DNA from: an uncultured Candidatus Saccharibacteria bacterium
GTDB lineage: Bacteria; Patescibacteriota; Minisyncoccia; Minisyncoccales; CSSED10-335
Direction: 5' to 3'
NCBI GenBank assembly: GCA_964586065.1
Contig: CAZPFW010000001.1
Span: 131,614 to 195,613 of the forward strand
Length of the DNA stretch: 64,000 nucleotides
A model generated the notes under the pieces. The model saw only the letters and a list, made by a program, of their open reading frames with translations. It searched no databases and was not told the DNA's origin. Made by a program: the position numbers and the translations under genes. The stretch's first letter is position 1; every line of letters starts with the position of its first letter. Positions 9,295 through 17,955 of the stretch are shown one piece after another.

Positions 9295-9977
9295 TTTTTA
9301 AGACATCTCACTGAAAAACCGTTCTCATTATCAACCGCTCCTCTGAAAATTCTATCATCTTTTCTGTCCAAAGCTCTCATCCATGACTTATCTAAGTTGA
9401 AGGCCACGCCCCAAAGACAAGCTTGATTATTTAATCCTTTAAACTCACCTGTTGAATTCATAAATCCCGCGGGCAAAATATTGAATTCAAAAACTCCTTC
9501 TCCCCATGATTTATCTTTAATGGCTTTACCAATCCCTTTTCCTCGCCAGCCATTAGAATCCACTTCAAGGGTATTAATGCCTAATATCTTTTCAAGATCT
9601 TTGAAGTCATCATCCCATGGAAGTCTCCATCCTTGAGGACAAATCTTTCTTGCATCTTCCGCATAATAGAGCCCTCCGTAAAGATCACAATTAGCGGGAT
9701 CATTATCGTAACAAAAAACTTTGACTTTTCCACCGTTAGCGTCAAAACCGCTCTTCATATTTTCAGCCATCCAGCACTGAAAGTCTATCTGTATGGTTTG
9801 ATACCTATTGCCATCCATATCAATAACCTCGTCTTCTCCGCATACAAGATTCTTGTTGTGTCCTTTTATTGATACAATCTTCTCTTCTCTCTTGAGTTGA
9901 AAAAAGATGACACCAATTACCAAAAGAAAAATAAAGACTGAGAATGTCAGAAAGAGAACTTTTTGATTAAACTTCAT
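9291..9977 (-). CDS. secreted/anchored protein with Fibrobacter-succinogenes-major-paralogous (FISUMP) type domain
   Basis: CWMAENM..., GGLYYAEDARKICPQGWRLPWDDDF, C-terminal GFSVRCLKN, plus an N-terminal hydrophobic anchor. I place the start at ATG 9977; the track start at 9989 is a GTG inside the rpsI terminator. Confidence 0.65.
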   Translation of the reverse strand: MKFNQKVLFLTFSVFIFLLVIGVIFFQLKREEKIVSIKGHNKNLVCGEDEVIDMDGNRYQTIQIDFQCWMAENMKSGFDANGGKVKVFCYDNDPANCDLYGGLYYAEDARKICPQGWRLPWDDDFKDLEKILGINTLEVDSNGWRGKGIGKAIKDKSWGEGVFEFNILPAGFMNSTGEFKGLNNQACLWGVAFNLDKSWMRALDRKDDRIFRGAVDNENGFSVRCLKN

Positions 9978-9980
9978 AAT

Positions 9981-10003
9981 AAAAATCACCCCTTGGGGGT
10001 GAT
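9981..10003 (-). terminator. intrinsic terminator-like hairpin after rpsI
   Basis: On the minus strand: AUCACCCC-CAA-GGGGUGAU (8 bp; 9985-9992 pairs with 9996-10003), followed by UUUUAUU running into the ATG of the next gene. Confidence 0.5.
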
Positions 10004-10008
10004 CTCAA

Positions 10009-10509
10009 TTACCTCTTCTTCCATTGAGGAGCGCGTCTGGCCCTCTTTAATCCAAACTTTTTGCGTTCTCTCTTTCGAGGATCTCGAGTCAAAAATCCTG
10101 CTCTTCTTAATCTCTTTCTAAATTCTTCATTAAAGAGAACCAAAGCCCTGGATATTCCATGCCTCATGGCTTCCGATTGAGAATTCACTCCTCCGCCGGA
10201 GACTTTTACCACTACCCTAAAACGATCCATATACTTCATCTTCTTCAGAGGAGATATGCAAACCTCTCTTAATTCTTCCGTATTAAAGTAATCTGTGTAA
10301 AGTTTGTCGTTAACAATCACTTCTTTTTTCCCGCTCACGTAAAGTCGAACCCTTGCAACCGATGTCTTTCTTCTACCAACAGCTTCGAAATATCTGTCCT
10401 TCCCTATCTTTTCTATATCAATCTCCTCCGCCTCAAAACCGTCCTCTTCAATAATTTCTTGGTTCAGCTCATCATTTCTCATCTCTTTCGTTGTTTTTTC
10501 TTCAACCAT
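10009..10509 (-). CDS. rpsI: 30S ribosomal protein S9 with acidic N-terminal extension
   Basis: GRRKTSVARVRL, GGGVNSQSEAMRHGISRAL, C-terminal ...APQWKKR; about 35 extra acidic N-terminal residues. Confidence 0.95.
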   Translation of the reverse strand: MVEEKTTKEMRNDELNQEIIEEDGFEAEEIDIEKIGKDRYFEAVGRRKTSVARVRLYVSGKKEVIVNDKLYTDYFNTEELREVCISPLKKMKYMDRFRVVVKVSGGGVNSQSEAMRHGISRALVLFNEEFRKRLRRAGFLTRDPRKRERKKFGLKRARRAPQWKKR

Positions 10510-10516
10510 GTCAGTA

Positions 10517-10867
10517 TTATTGCTTTATTGTTAGTCTTTTAATAAAGTCTGATCTAAGCCTGTTCTTGGGTAACATTCCCATAACAGCTTTCCGAAGAGT
10601 TTCGCCAGGTCTCTTTGATTCAATGCTTGTAATCGTTTCTTCTTTAAGCCCTCCGAGATAACCACTGTGTCTGTAATATCTCTTTTGACTTTCTTTTTTA
10701 CCCGTCAATTTCATTTTGCTTGCATTTTCAACCACCACAAAATCTCCGTCGTCTCTGTGAACCATAAACCCCGGCTTCTGCTTTCCTCTCAAAAGAGTTG
10801 CCACTTCGGTTGCTATCCTGCCTAACGACTTACCTTTTGCGTCAATTGTATGTGTTTGTCTCTCCAT
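10517..10867 (-). CDS. rplM: 50S ribosomal protein L13 (short form)
   Basis: GKSLGRIATEVATLLRGK, GDFVVVENA, YYRHSGYLGGLK, MGMLPKN. Confidence 0.95.
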   Translation of the reverse strand: MERQTHTIDAKGKSLGRIATEVATLLRGKQKPGFMVHRDDGDFVVVENASKMKLTGKKESQKRYYRHSGYLGGLKEETITSIESKRPGETLRKAVMGMLPKNRLRSDFIKRLTIKQ

Positions 10868-10874
10868 AATTTTC

Positions 10875-11225
10875 TCACTTAACCAACTCTATATAAGCCA
10901 TTTTTGCTCCATCGCTCTTTCTGGCTCCAGCCTTTATGATTCTTGTATAACCCCCTTGCCTTTCCTTGTATTGTGGAGCAATCTCATCCACCATTTTTTT
11001 AACAATATCATCTGAAAAAAGCTTGGATAATTCCCTTCTTGAATGTATCGATTCGGTCTTGGCTTTAGTAATACACTTCTCAACAAAACCCGAAACTTCT
11101 TTGGCTCGACTTTCAGTTGTCATTATCTTACCATTTTTAGTCAATTCACGAGCCAAAGATGTCAAAAGCGCTTTTCTTTGACTCTTTTCTCTTGATAATA
11201 TTCTCCCTTTTACTCTCTTTCTCAT
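10875..11225 (-). CDS. rplQ: 50S ribosomal protein L17
   Basis: LSREKSQRKALLTSLA, ITTESRAKE, GGYTRI...R.DGA.MAYIELV. Confidence 0.95.
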   Translation of the reverse strand: MRKRVKGRILSREKSQRKALLTSLARELTKNGKIMTTESRAKEVSGFVEKCITKAKTESIHSRRELSKLFSDDIVKKMVDEIAPQYKERQGGYTRIIKAGARKSDGAKMAYIELVK

Positions 11226-11230
11226 AAAAA

Positions 11231-12163
11231 TTACTTTAACTCAATTTCAAACTTTTGAAGAGCCTTCTCTATCTCATCCACTCCCTTATCACCCATCCCT
11301 TCTATTTTTAAAAGACTCTCTTTGCTTTTTCTTGCAATTCCAGCAACCGTCTTAACTCCAGCTTTAATTAAAACATTAGCAATTCTTGAACTTATCTCAA
11401 TATCACCAATGGCGATCTTAGTCAAATCCTTCACATCTTCGGTTTCCTTAACTCCTTCGATCTTGTTATCGGATAACTCTTCTATTTCTCGATTTGCAAT
11501 CACTAAGAAGTGATTAGCTAAAATGTCCGATGCCTCTTCAAGCGCCTCTTCCGGCTTTATCGTTCCATCTGTTTCAATCTCCAAAAAGAGCCTGTCAAAA
11601 TCAGTCCTCTTCCCAACTCTCATGTTTTCCACTTTAAAGTTAACACTCTTAATCGGAGTAAAAATTGAATCTATGGAAATCTGCCCGACTTCTAATTTAT
11701 CTCTTTTATCTTGATCGGCTATAACAAACCCAAACCCCTTCTCAACAGTCAATTCCATCTCCAACTCAGATTTTTTTTCGGTTAAGGTGGCGATATGAAG
11801 ATCTTTGTTCACCAACTCTAACTGAGTCGGAACTTCAAGATCCGATCCCTTAACATCTTTTTCACCCTTAGCGTTTAAAGTCACTGTTTGAGGTTCATCC
11901 GAGAAAGTCTTAAATCTAAGTTTCTTAATATTAAGAATTATTGAAATGATGTCCTCAAGAATTCCGTCTTTGGTCGAAAACTCATGCTGAACTCCTTTGA
12001 TCTTTACGCTAGTTACCGCTGATCCTTCCAAGGATGAGAGTAATACTCGTCTAAGGCTGTTACCTATTGTCACTCCATAGCCCGGATAAAGACCTTCTAT
12101 TTCAAAAGTGGCTCTATTTTCTTCTTCTTGAATTATTTTGGGCTTAGAGGGTAATGAGATCAT
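11231..12163 (-). CDS. rpoA: DNA-directed RNA polymerase alpha subunit
   Basis: EGLYPGYGVTIGNSLRRVLLSSLEG in the N-terminal domain and a C-terminal HhH-like domain (ISSRIANVLIKAGVKTV); located between rpsD and rplQ. Confidence 0.95.
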   Translation of the reverse strand: MISLPSKPKIIQEEENRATFEIEGLYPGYGVTIGNSLRRVLLSSLEGSAVTSVKIKGVQHEFSTKDGILEDIISIILNIKKLRFKTFSDEPQTVTLNAKGEKDVKGSDLEVPTQLELVNKDLHIATLTEKKSELEMELTVEKGFGFVIADQDKRDKLEVGQISIDSIFTPIKSVNFKVENMRVGKRTDFDRLFLEIETDGTIKPEEALEEASDILANHFLVIANREIEELSDNKIEGVKETEDVKDLTKIAIGDIEISSRIANVLIKAGVKTVAGIARKSKESLLKIEGMGDKGVDEIEKALQKFEIELK

Positions 12164-12182
12164 TTTTTTCTATTAAATTAAA

Positions 12183-12821
12183 TTATTTAGAATAAAATTC
12201 GAAAACAACGGATGTCTCAACCGGAACTCCGGCCTCTTCCATAGAAGGAAGATTGAGAATTTTTCCTTTCATGTTTTCTTTATCAAGAGATATCCAGCTT
12301 GGCGGATTAAAACCTTTAAGAAGAGCTTTTACCTCTTTCATCTTCTTTTTCTCTTTTGACTCCGGCTTAACTTCTATCTCATCTCCAATGGACATCTTAT
12401 AAGAAGGGATGTCCACTTTCTTTCCATTGACCGTAAAATGACCATGATTTACAAGTTGTCTGGCCTCCGATCTGGATGGTGCAAAGCCCATTCTGAAAAC
12501 AAAGTTATCCAATCGACTTTCCAATCTCTTTATTAATTGATCTCCCGTATCCAATTCACCCTCTCCCTTTTTTCTTGAAAGAATACTCTTTACTTCAGTA
12601 CTCAATTGCTTTTCACTTAAATTATACCAATTCTTAATCTTCTGTTTCTCCATTAAACCTCTGCCATAGTCAGATATCTTTCTTCCTCTTCTCTTACTTC
12701 TTAATCCGGGAGGATAGTTTCTTTTCACTATCTCACATTTTTGACCAAAACAACGCTCTCCCTTCAAAAAAAGCTTCGTACCTAATCTTCTGCAAATTTT
12801 ACACCTTGGACCTATAATCAT
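12183..12821 (-). CDS. rpsD: 30S ribosomal protein S4 (zinc-ribbon type)
   Basis: GPRCKICRRLGTKLFLKGERCFGQKC and an S4 RNA-binding domain (RLDNFVFRMGFAPSRSEARQLVNHGHFTVNG). Start set at MIIGPR; the track start at 12860 would overlap rpsK. Confidence 0.9.
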   Translation of the reverse strand: MIIGPRCKICRRLGTKLFLKGERCFGQKCEIVKRNYPPGLRSKRRGRKISDYGRGLMEKQKIKNWYNLSEKQLSTEVKSILSRKKGEGELDTGDQLIKRLESRLDNFVFRMGFAPSRSEARQLVNHGHFTVNGKKVDIPSYKMSIGDEIEVKPESKEKKKMKEVKALLKGFNPPSWISLDKENMKGKILNLPSMEEAGVPVETSVVFEFYSK

Positions 12822-12829
12822 AATTTTAT

Positions 12830-13285
12830 TTATACTCTTCTGGCTTTCTTGGGACGACAACCATTATGCGGTATGGGAGTTGTGTCTTTTATTGAAGTTA
12901 TATCAAATCCTTTAGAGGCTAAAGCTCTAATCGCAGAATCTCTTCCTCCACCAACTCCTTTGACAAAAATATCTATTCTTTCAATACCTAATTTTTGAGC
13001 TTTTTGGGCTAAAACTTCAACAACCTTAGAAGCGGCAAAAGGAGTTGCTTTCTTACTTCCACGAAATCCTATGTTACCGGCTGTAGCCCAGCTCAAAACG
13101 TTACCTTGAGAATCAGTGAGTGAGATAACGGTGTTATTGTAAGAACATGATATATAAACTCTTCCATCTCCCAAACCCCTTGATCTTGTCTTGGAGGTCT
13201 TCTTAATCTCTTTATTAAGTTTCTCTTTTTCAGCCTCCAACTCCGCTTCGGTTTTTTCAATAATTCTTTTTTTCCCCATAATCAA
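12830..13285 (-). CDS. rpsK: 30S ribosomal protein S11 with N-terminal extension
   Basis: YISCSYNNTVISLTD..GN, GFRGSKKATPFAA, GGGRDSAIRAL...TPIPHNGCRPKK. Confidence 0.95.
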   Translation of the reverse strand: MIMGKKRIIEKTEAELEAEKEKLNKEIKKTSKTRSRGLGDGRVYISCSYNNTVISLTDSQGNVLSWATAGNIGFRGSKKATPFAASKVVEVLAQKAQKLGIERIDIFVKGVGGGRDSAIRALASKGFDITSIKDTTPIPHNGCRPKKARRV

Positions 13286-13288
13286 TCA

Positions 13289-13678
13289 TTATTTGGCCGT
13301 TGGAGCCGGTCTTCTTCCGGATCCTACGGTCTTTCTTACATTTCCTCTCACCGTTCTGCTGTTGGTCTTAGTTCTTTGCCCTCGAGCAGGTAAACCTTTT
13401 GAATGACGCATTCCTCTCCAACTGCCGATCTCTTTAAGTCTTTTAATATTCAGCATCACTTTTCTTCTCAAGTCTCCCTCAACCGTATGATTCTTCTCAA
13501 TCGACTCTTTCAATCTTTGCACCTCTTCTGTAGTTAATTCAGATGTTATCTTGTTTGGATCAATTCCAACCTCGTCAAGAATCTGTCTGCTTAAACTAAG
13601 TCCAACGCCCAATATATGGGTTAAAGATCTCTCAATTTTTTTATTCTCGGGTATATTAACCCCGGCAATTCTTGGCAT
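13289..13678 (-). CDS. rpsM: 30S ribosomal protein S13
   Basis: MPRIAGVNIP, LTHILGVG, IGSWRGMRH..GLPARGQRT.TN.RT. Confidence 0.95.
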   Translation of the reverse strand: MPRIAGVNIPENKKIERSLTHILGVGLSLSRQILDEVGIDPNKITSELTTEEVQRLKESIEKNHTVEGDLRRKVMLNIKRLKEIGSWRGMRHSKGLPARGQRTKTNSRTVRGNVRKTVGSGRRPAPTAK

Positions 13679-13680
13679 AA

Positions 13681-13797
13681 TTATCCTTGTCTCTGTTTAT
13701 GTTTCTTATTGGCCGAACAAATCACATAAACTCGGCCTTTCCGCCGAACAATTTTACAATCTTTGCAAATTTTCTTTACGGATGATCTTACCTTCAT
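13681..13797 (-). CDS. rpmJ: 50S ribosomal protein L36
   Basis: Translated by hand; too short for the ORF track. [38 protein letters not shown], 38 aa, ATG at 13795-13797 and TAA at 13681-13683. It sits in the canonical position between infA and rpsM. Confidence 0.9.
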   Translation of the reverse strand: MKVRSSVKKICKDCKIVRRKGRVYVICSANKKHKQRQG

Positions 13798-13829
13798 CTT
13801 GTTTATAATCAAAAAAGTATTTAGGAGGG

Positions 13830-14051
13830 TTATCTCTTCCTGTAAACAATCCTCCCTCTCCTGTCATCGGGAGAAGCCATTTCAACAGTAACATTATCAC
13901 CAGGGAAGACTCTTATTCTGTGTATTCTCATTTTACCCGCCAGATGAGCCATAATCTCTTCTCCTTCGTCTAATCTAACCTTGAAATGAGCGTTGGGAAG
14001 CGCTTCAATAATTGTTCCCGTCCTCTGTAAGACTTCTTTTTTATTATTCAT
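13830..14051 (-). CDS. infA: translation initiation factor IF-1
   Basis: 73 aa S1-like OB fold: [44 protein letters not shown]-like. Confidence 0.95.
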   Translation of the reverse strand: MNNKKEVLQRTGTIIEALPNAHFKVRLDEGEEIMAHLAGKMRIHRIRVFPGDNVTVEMASPDDRRGRIVYRKR

Positions 14052-14062
14052 TTAACAACTGA

Positions 14063-14091
14063 AAGATACCAAAAAGTAGAGTTTAAGTCAA
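14063..14091 (-). promoter_or_regulatory. possible promoter for infA-rpmJ-rpsM...
   Basis: Minus strand TTGACT (14091-14086), 17 nt, TATCTT (14068-14063). The -10 is weak. Confidence 0.25.
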
Positions 14092-14108
14092 CCCCTGTCT
14101 TTTTATCA

Positions 14109-15365
14109 TTATTTATCAATCACCGTCTCTATCTCTATCTTGTCCACAACCGGCATCTTTTTGAGCCAAGACGATCTTGTTTTTATCTCCACTGATTTAA
14201 TTCTATCATAACTGCTTAATAATTGATATGCCTCCCCTATCTTCATCTTGGATATCTCTCTTTTCATTAATTCCTTTCTGATCAGAGGATAGGCTATTGC
14301 CGAAGACTCAATCTCAAGAGTAATTGATCCTTCGTCTATCTTCCTTATATCTTCTTCGTAAGAGAATATTAAGCTGTCTTCCCATATCTCTATCTTTGAG
14401 AAGATTGGATCAAGATCATGATCGTCAACGCTATCAAGAAGCGCCTTCTTTAAAAAGTCTTTAAGATCGGATTCTTTGAAAGAAAAACTTTTAACTTCGA
14501 TCTCTATCGTGTAATCAAATGAATCAAATCTCTCCCCTACCGTAGGTCTCACAAATTCAGTAACCAAATCTATTTTCATTAATTTTTCATCAAATAGATA
14601 ACCAGGTGCTAAACCGGCAAGATCTTCTTTTGCACTCTCAATAGCAGACGAAAATAGTAATTCTTTTGCCACCTCAACATCACTCTCAAGAATGATTGGC
14701 GATTCACCGATAAAACCTCCGGTTATCGGCTTTGGATTTTCGGCATAAATATCCATGTACATTGCGGTTCCTTGCAATCCCGGAATTGAGAATTTAGACG
14801 TTTTATCAATATTATAATCTTCTCCCGACTCAACCGCTCGAACCATTACATCCGCTTGACCCGGAATTGATCCTGTCTTACCTGGGACGGTTACACTTTC
14901 GGTCGATCTGAAGAGTTTTCCGTCCGCCGATACAAATCTGGTTTCATTAATTAATGTTTGAGGAAGTTCCGAGTAATTATTATAGACTCTTAAAACCCCT
15001 TCGGCGCGTCTCTCATCTTTATCTCTGCCCGATACACTGAAAGTTTTTGATTCTTCAATTTTTGTTGTAAAAATCTTTCCCGGAATCACTGATGGTTCAA
15101 TACTCGTGTGATATTGATCTGTTCTAACCTCAATCACCCCAGAATATTGAGTCAAATCGGTTTCGGGCCATATATCAATATTAACTTTTAAAAAAACCCA
15201 ATTCAAAGCCAACACTATGAGAAAAAGAAAGGTTATCAGCGCTATAAATTTGACAGGATTTCTCTTTCTTACTGTGTCGGATCGCCTCACCCGCTCCTTG
15301 TCTTGTAAAGGCTTTACTTCTTTGTTGTGATTTGGGGGAAATATATCGTATATCTTTCTTGTCAT
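14109..15365 (-). CDS. hypothetical N-terminally anchored extracytoplasmic protein
   Basis: One TM helix (FIALITFLFLIVLALNWVFL) after a basic N-terminus, followed by about 350 aa with no motif I can assign confidently. Confidence 0.5.
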   Translation of the reverse strand: MTRKIYDIFPPNHNKEVKPLQDKERVRRSDTVRKRNPVKFIALITFLFLIVLALNWVFLKVNIDIWPETDLTQYSGVIEVRTDQYHTSIEPSVIPGKIFTTKIEESKTFSVSGRDKDERRAEGVLRVYNNYSELPQTLINETRFVSADGKLFRSTESVTVPGKTGSIPGQADVMVRAVESGEDYNIDKTSKFSIPGLQGTAMYMDIYAENPKPITGGFIGESPIILESDVEVAKELLFSSAIESAKEDLAGLAPGYLFDEKLMKIDLVTEFVRPTVGERFDSFDYTIEIEVKSFSFKESDLKDFLKKALLDSVDDHDLDPIFSKIEIWEDSLIFSYEEDIRKIDEGSITLEIESSAIAYPLIRKELMKREISKMKIGEAYQLLSSYDRIKSVEIKTRSSWLKKMPVVDKIEIETVIDK

Positions 15366-15369
15366 ATTA

Positions 15370-17208
15370 TTATTGAATTATCGCTTTTATTCTTCTTATT
15401 CCTGCCCCGCTAGACTCCTCTTTAATTATCTTAAAACCACCTATTTCAGAGGTTCTTGAAACATGGGGACCATGACAAACTTCATTGGAGAAAGATCCGA
15501 TCTGATAAACATTCACCCTGTCCGGATATTTCTCCCCAAAGGTCGCCAAGGCGCCCGATGAGATTGCTTTATCAAGATTCATCTCTTTTTTATTGATCTC
15601 AATATCATCTTTTATTATAGAATTCACCATCTCCTCCACCCTGTTTATCTCGTCTTCCGTCAGCTTATTGGGATGAGAAAAATCAAATCGCAATCGCTCA
15701 GAAGTAATATTGCTTCCTCTCTGAACTACGTGATCTCCGAGAGTCTTTCTAAGAGCCGCTAATAATAAATGTGTCGCCGTGTGAAGTCTTTTCGTTTTTT
15801 CGCTCGAATCCGCCAAACCTCCTTTAAAAACTCCGGCCGAAGCGGTTTGAGAAAGCTTCTTATGATTATTCAATTCTTCGTTAAATCCTTTCTCGTCTAC
15901 GATCTGACTTGATTCTTCTGCTATCTCTTTTATCATCTCTATCGGGAAACCGTAAGTTTGATAAAGGTTAAAAGCCTCCTTGCCCGATATCATCTCTTTC
16001 TTTATCTTCTTAAACTCTCGTAACCCTTTATTCAAAGTTTTATCAAATCTTTGTTCCTCTTTCTCTATTTCTTTGAATATGTTTTCTGAATTTTTGTTAA
16101 GTTCTGGATATATTCCTCCGTATATGGAGATTACTTCTTGAGCCAATCTGTTCATCCAATCATCAGACGAGATCCCGATGCCTTTTCCGTACCTTATTGC
16201 TCTCCTTATCATTCTTCTGACAAAATAACCCTGTTGCTTGTTACTCGGAACAACTCCCCTCTCATCTCCAATTATGAAAACTGTTGCCTTGATATGATCG
16301 GCGATAATTTCAAAAGCTTTTATATTGTCCTGATATTTTAATCCCGATATCTCTTCAATGGTACTTACAATCGGTCTGAAAAGATCAGTTTCAAACACTG
16401 TTGAATATCCATTTTTAACCATGGCTAATCTTTCCAATCCCCCCCCAAAGTCAACATTTTTATTCTTTAGTTCAATCCAACCGTTTTCAGTTTTGCGGTA
16501 CTGCATAAAAACCGAATTTCCGATTTCCAAAAATCGCCCGCAGTCACAGTTAGGATGACAAAATCTCCCAAACTTAGGATCGTGTTCTTTCCCCGTATCA
16601 TAAAACGTCTCTGAATCGGGTCCACCCAATTCGCCAACGGCATCACCTCTTTGCCACCAATTCTTATCCTTGTAGGCAAATATTCTTTCTTTGGTAAAAT
16701 CCAACTCTACACCCGGACCAAGGTCGCCATCACCTTTAGTTTCAGCCCCTTCTTGAGCGGCTATTCCGTATTGATTAAAAACTTTCTTAATGATCTCCAC
16801 TGATTCTATATCCTTTTCTATGCTTTCGTCACCGGCATAAACAGTCTGATATATTCTTTCAGGATCAAGTTTTAATTCATTGATCATAAAGTCAAACCAC
16901 CAGCTAAGTTGCTCTTCTTTAAAGTAGTCGCCAAAAGACCAATTACCCAACATCTCAAAAAAAGTAGTGTGTCTGTTATCTCCGATCTCTTCAATATCAT
17001 CTGTTCTAAATGATTTCTGGCAATTCACCAATCTCTTCCCTTTTGGATGATCTTCTCCTAAGAAATATGGGACCAAAGGAAACATTCCGGAGTTGACAAA
17101 AAGAAGAGTCGGATCATCCTCCGGTATCAACGAAGCCGAGGGTATGACCGCATGACTTCGCTCTTTGTAATAATTGATAAATTTTTCTCTTATCTCTTGC
17201 GAATTCAT
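15370..17208 (-). CDS. alaS: alanine--tRNA ligase, short form ending after the editing domain
   Basis: Class II AlaRS motifs (FVNSGM, NWWQRGD..GPDSETFYD, LEIGNSVFMQY), editing-site HTATHLL and CHGPHV. 612 aa, ending ...GIRRIKAIIQ. Confidence 0.9.
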   Translation of the reverse strand: MNSQEIREKFINYYKERSHAVIPSASLIPEDDPTLLFVNSGMFPLVPYFLGEDHPKGKRLVNCQKSFRTDDIEEIGDNRHTTFFEMLGNWSFGDYFKEEQLSWWFDFMINELKLDPERIYQTVYAGDESIEKDIESVEIIKKVFNQYGIAAQEGAETKGDGDLGPGVELDFTKERIFAYKDKNWWQRGDAVGELGGPDSETFYDTGKEHDPKFGRFCHPNCDCGRFLEIGNSVFMQYRKTENGWIELKNKNVDFGGGLERLAMVKNGYSTVFETDLFRPIVSTIEEISGLKYQDNIKAFEIIADHIKATVFIIGDERGVVPSNKQQGYFVRRMIRRAIRYGKGIGISSDDWMNRLAQEVISIYGGIYPELNKNSENIFKEIEKEEQRFDKTLNKGLREFKKIKKEMISGKEAFNLYQTYGFPIEMIKEIAEESSQIVDEKGFNEELNNHKKLSQTASAGVFKGGLADSSEKTKRLHTATHLLLAALRKTLGDHVVQRGSNITSERLRFDFSHPNKLTEDEINRVEEMVNSIIKDDIEINKKEMNLDKAISSGALATFGEKYPDRVNVYQIGSFSNEVCHGPHVSRTSEIGGFKIIKEESSGAGIRRIKAIIQ

Positions 17209-17268
17209 TTTAATTCCAAAGTAAAAACTAAAGTCTTTGACTCATGATACTGATTTTTGTCAGTCGGG

Positions 17269-17955
17269 TCAAATAGAAGCAATCTTAGCAAATTCATCGG
17301 GATTAAGAGACGCTCCTCCGATTAAAAGTCCTGAAAATGATGCTTTTTCAAGGTATCTTTCCGCATTTTCAATCTTAACGCTCCCTCCGTATAAGATCCT
17401 GTCTATATTAAATCTTTTATGAATGAATTCTTTGATATCTTCTGCCGTATCGGGATCAAGAGACCTTCCCGAACCGATAGCCCAAACCGGCTCATAGGCC
17501 ACAACAACTTCTCTCTCTATTCCGTTGAGCTCTATCAAAAGTTGTTTTTCCACAGCTCTTTTTGCATCTTCCTGATCTTTCTCTCCTACACAAAGAATAA
17601 CCGAGAGGCCCGCTTCTTGAGCCGCATTTATTTTTTGATTTATTATAAAAGAAGTCTCTTTAATATAATTTCTTCTTTCGGAATGACCTATAATAACATA
17701 ATCAACTCCCAAATTCTTAAGCATCACGGGGGAAATCTCTCCCGTCAATGATAATTCGTTTTTAAAAGAGCAATCTTGAGCTCCGATCTTTATTCTTCTT
17801 GTGATCTTCTTTAATTCGCTTATAAAAAGAAATGGTGGACAGACCACCACTTCAGACGAATCATTCAGTAGTTCTTCAATATCTTTGATCATTTTTTCCG
17901 CCTCTTCAAGACGGAGTGGGTTCATCTTCCAATTTCCCACAATTAATCGTTTCAT
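17269..17955 (-). CDS. tpiA: triosephosphate isomerase
   Basis: VGNWKMN, IIGHSERR, AYEPVWAIGSG, GGASL. Confidence 0.9.
   Translation of the reverse strand: MKRLIVGNWKMNPLRLEEAEKMIKDIEELLNDSSEVVVCPPFLFISELKKITRRIKIGAQDCSFKNELSLTGEISPVMLKNLGVDYVIIGHSERRNYIKETSFIINQKINAAQEAGLSVILCVGEKDQEDAKRAVEKQLLIELNGIEREVVVAYEPVWAIGSGRSLDPDTAEDIKEFIHKRFNIDRILYGGSVKIENAERYLEKASFSGLLIGGASLNPDEFAKIASI

Noticed and set aside
12822-12860. N-terminal 13 residues of the track's S4 ORF (MSSQESQKSINKI)
   Set aside because: They would overlap the end of rpsK, and S4 normally starts just before the GP.C..CRR motif. I moved the start to MIIGPR.
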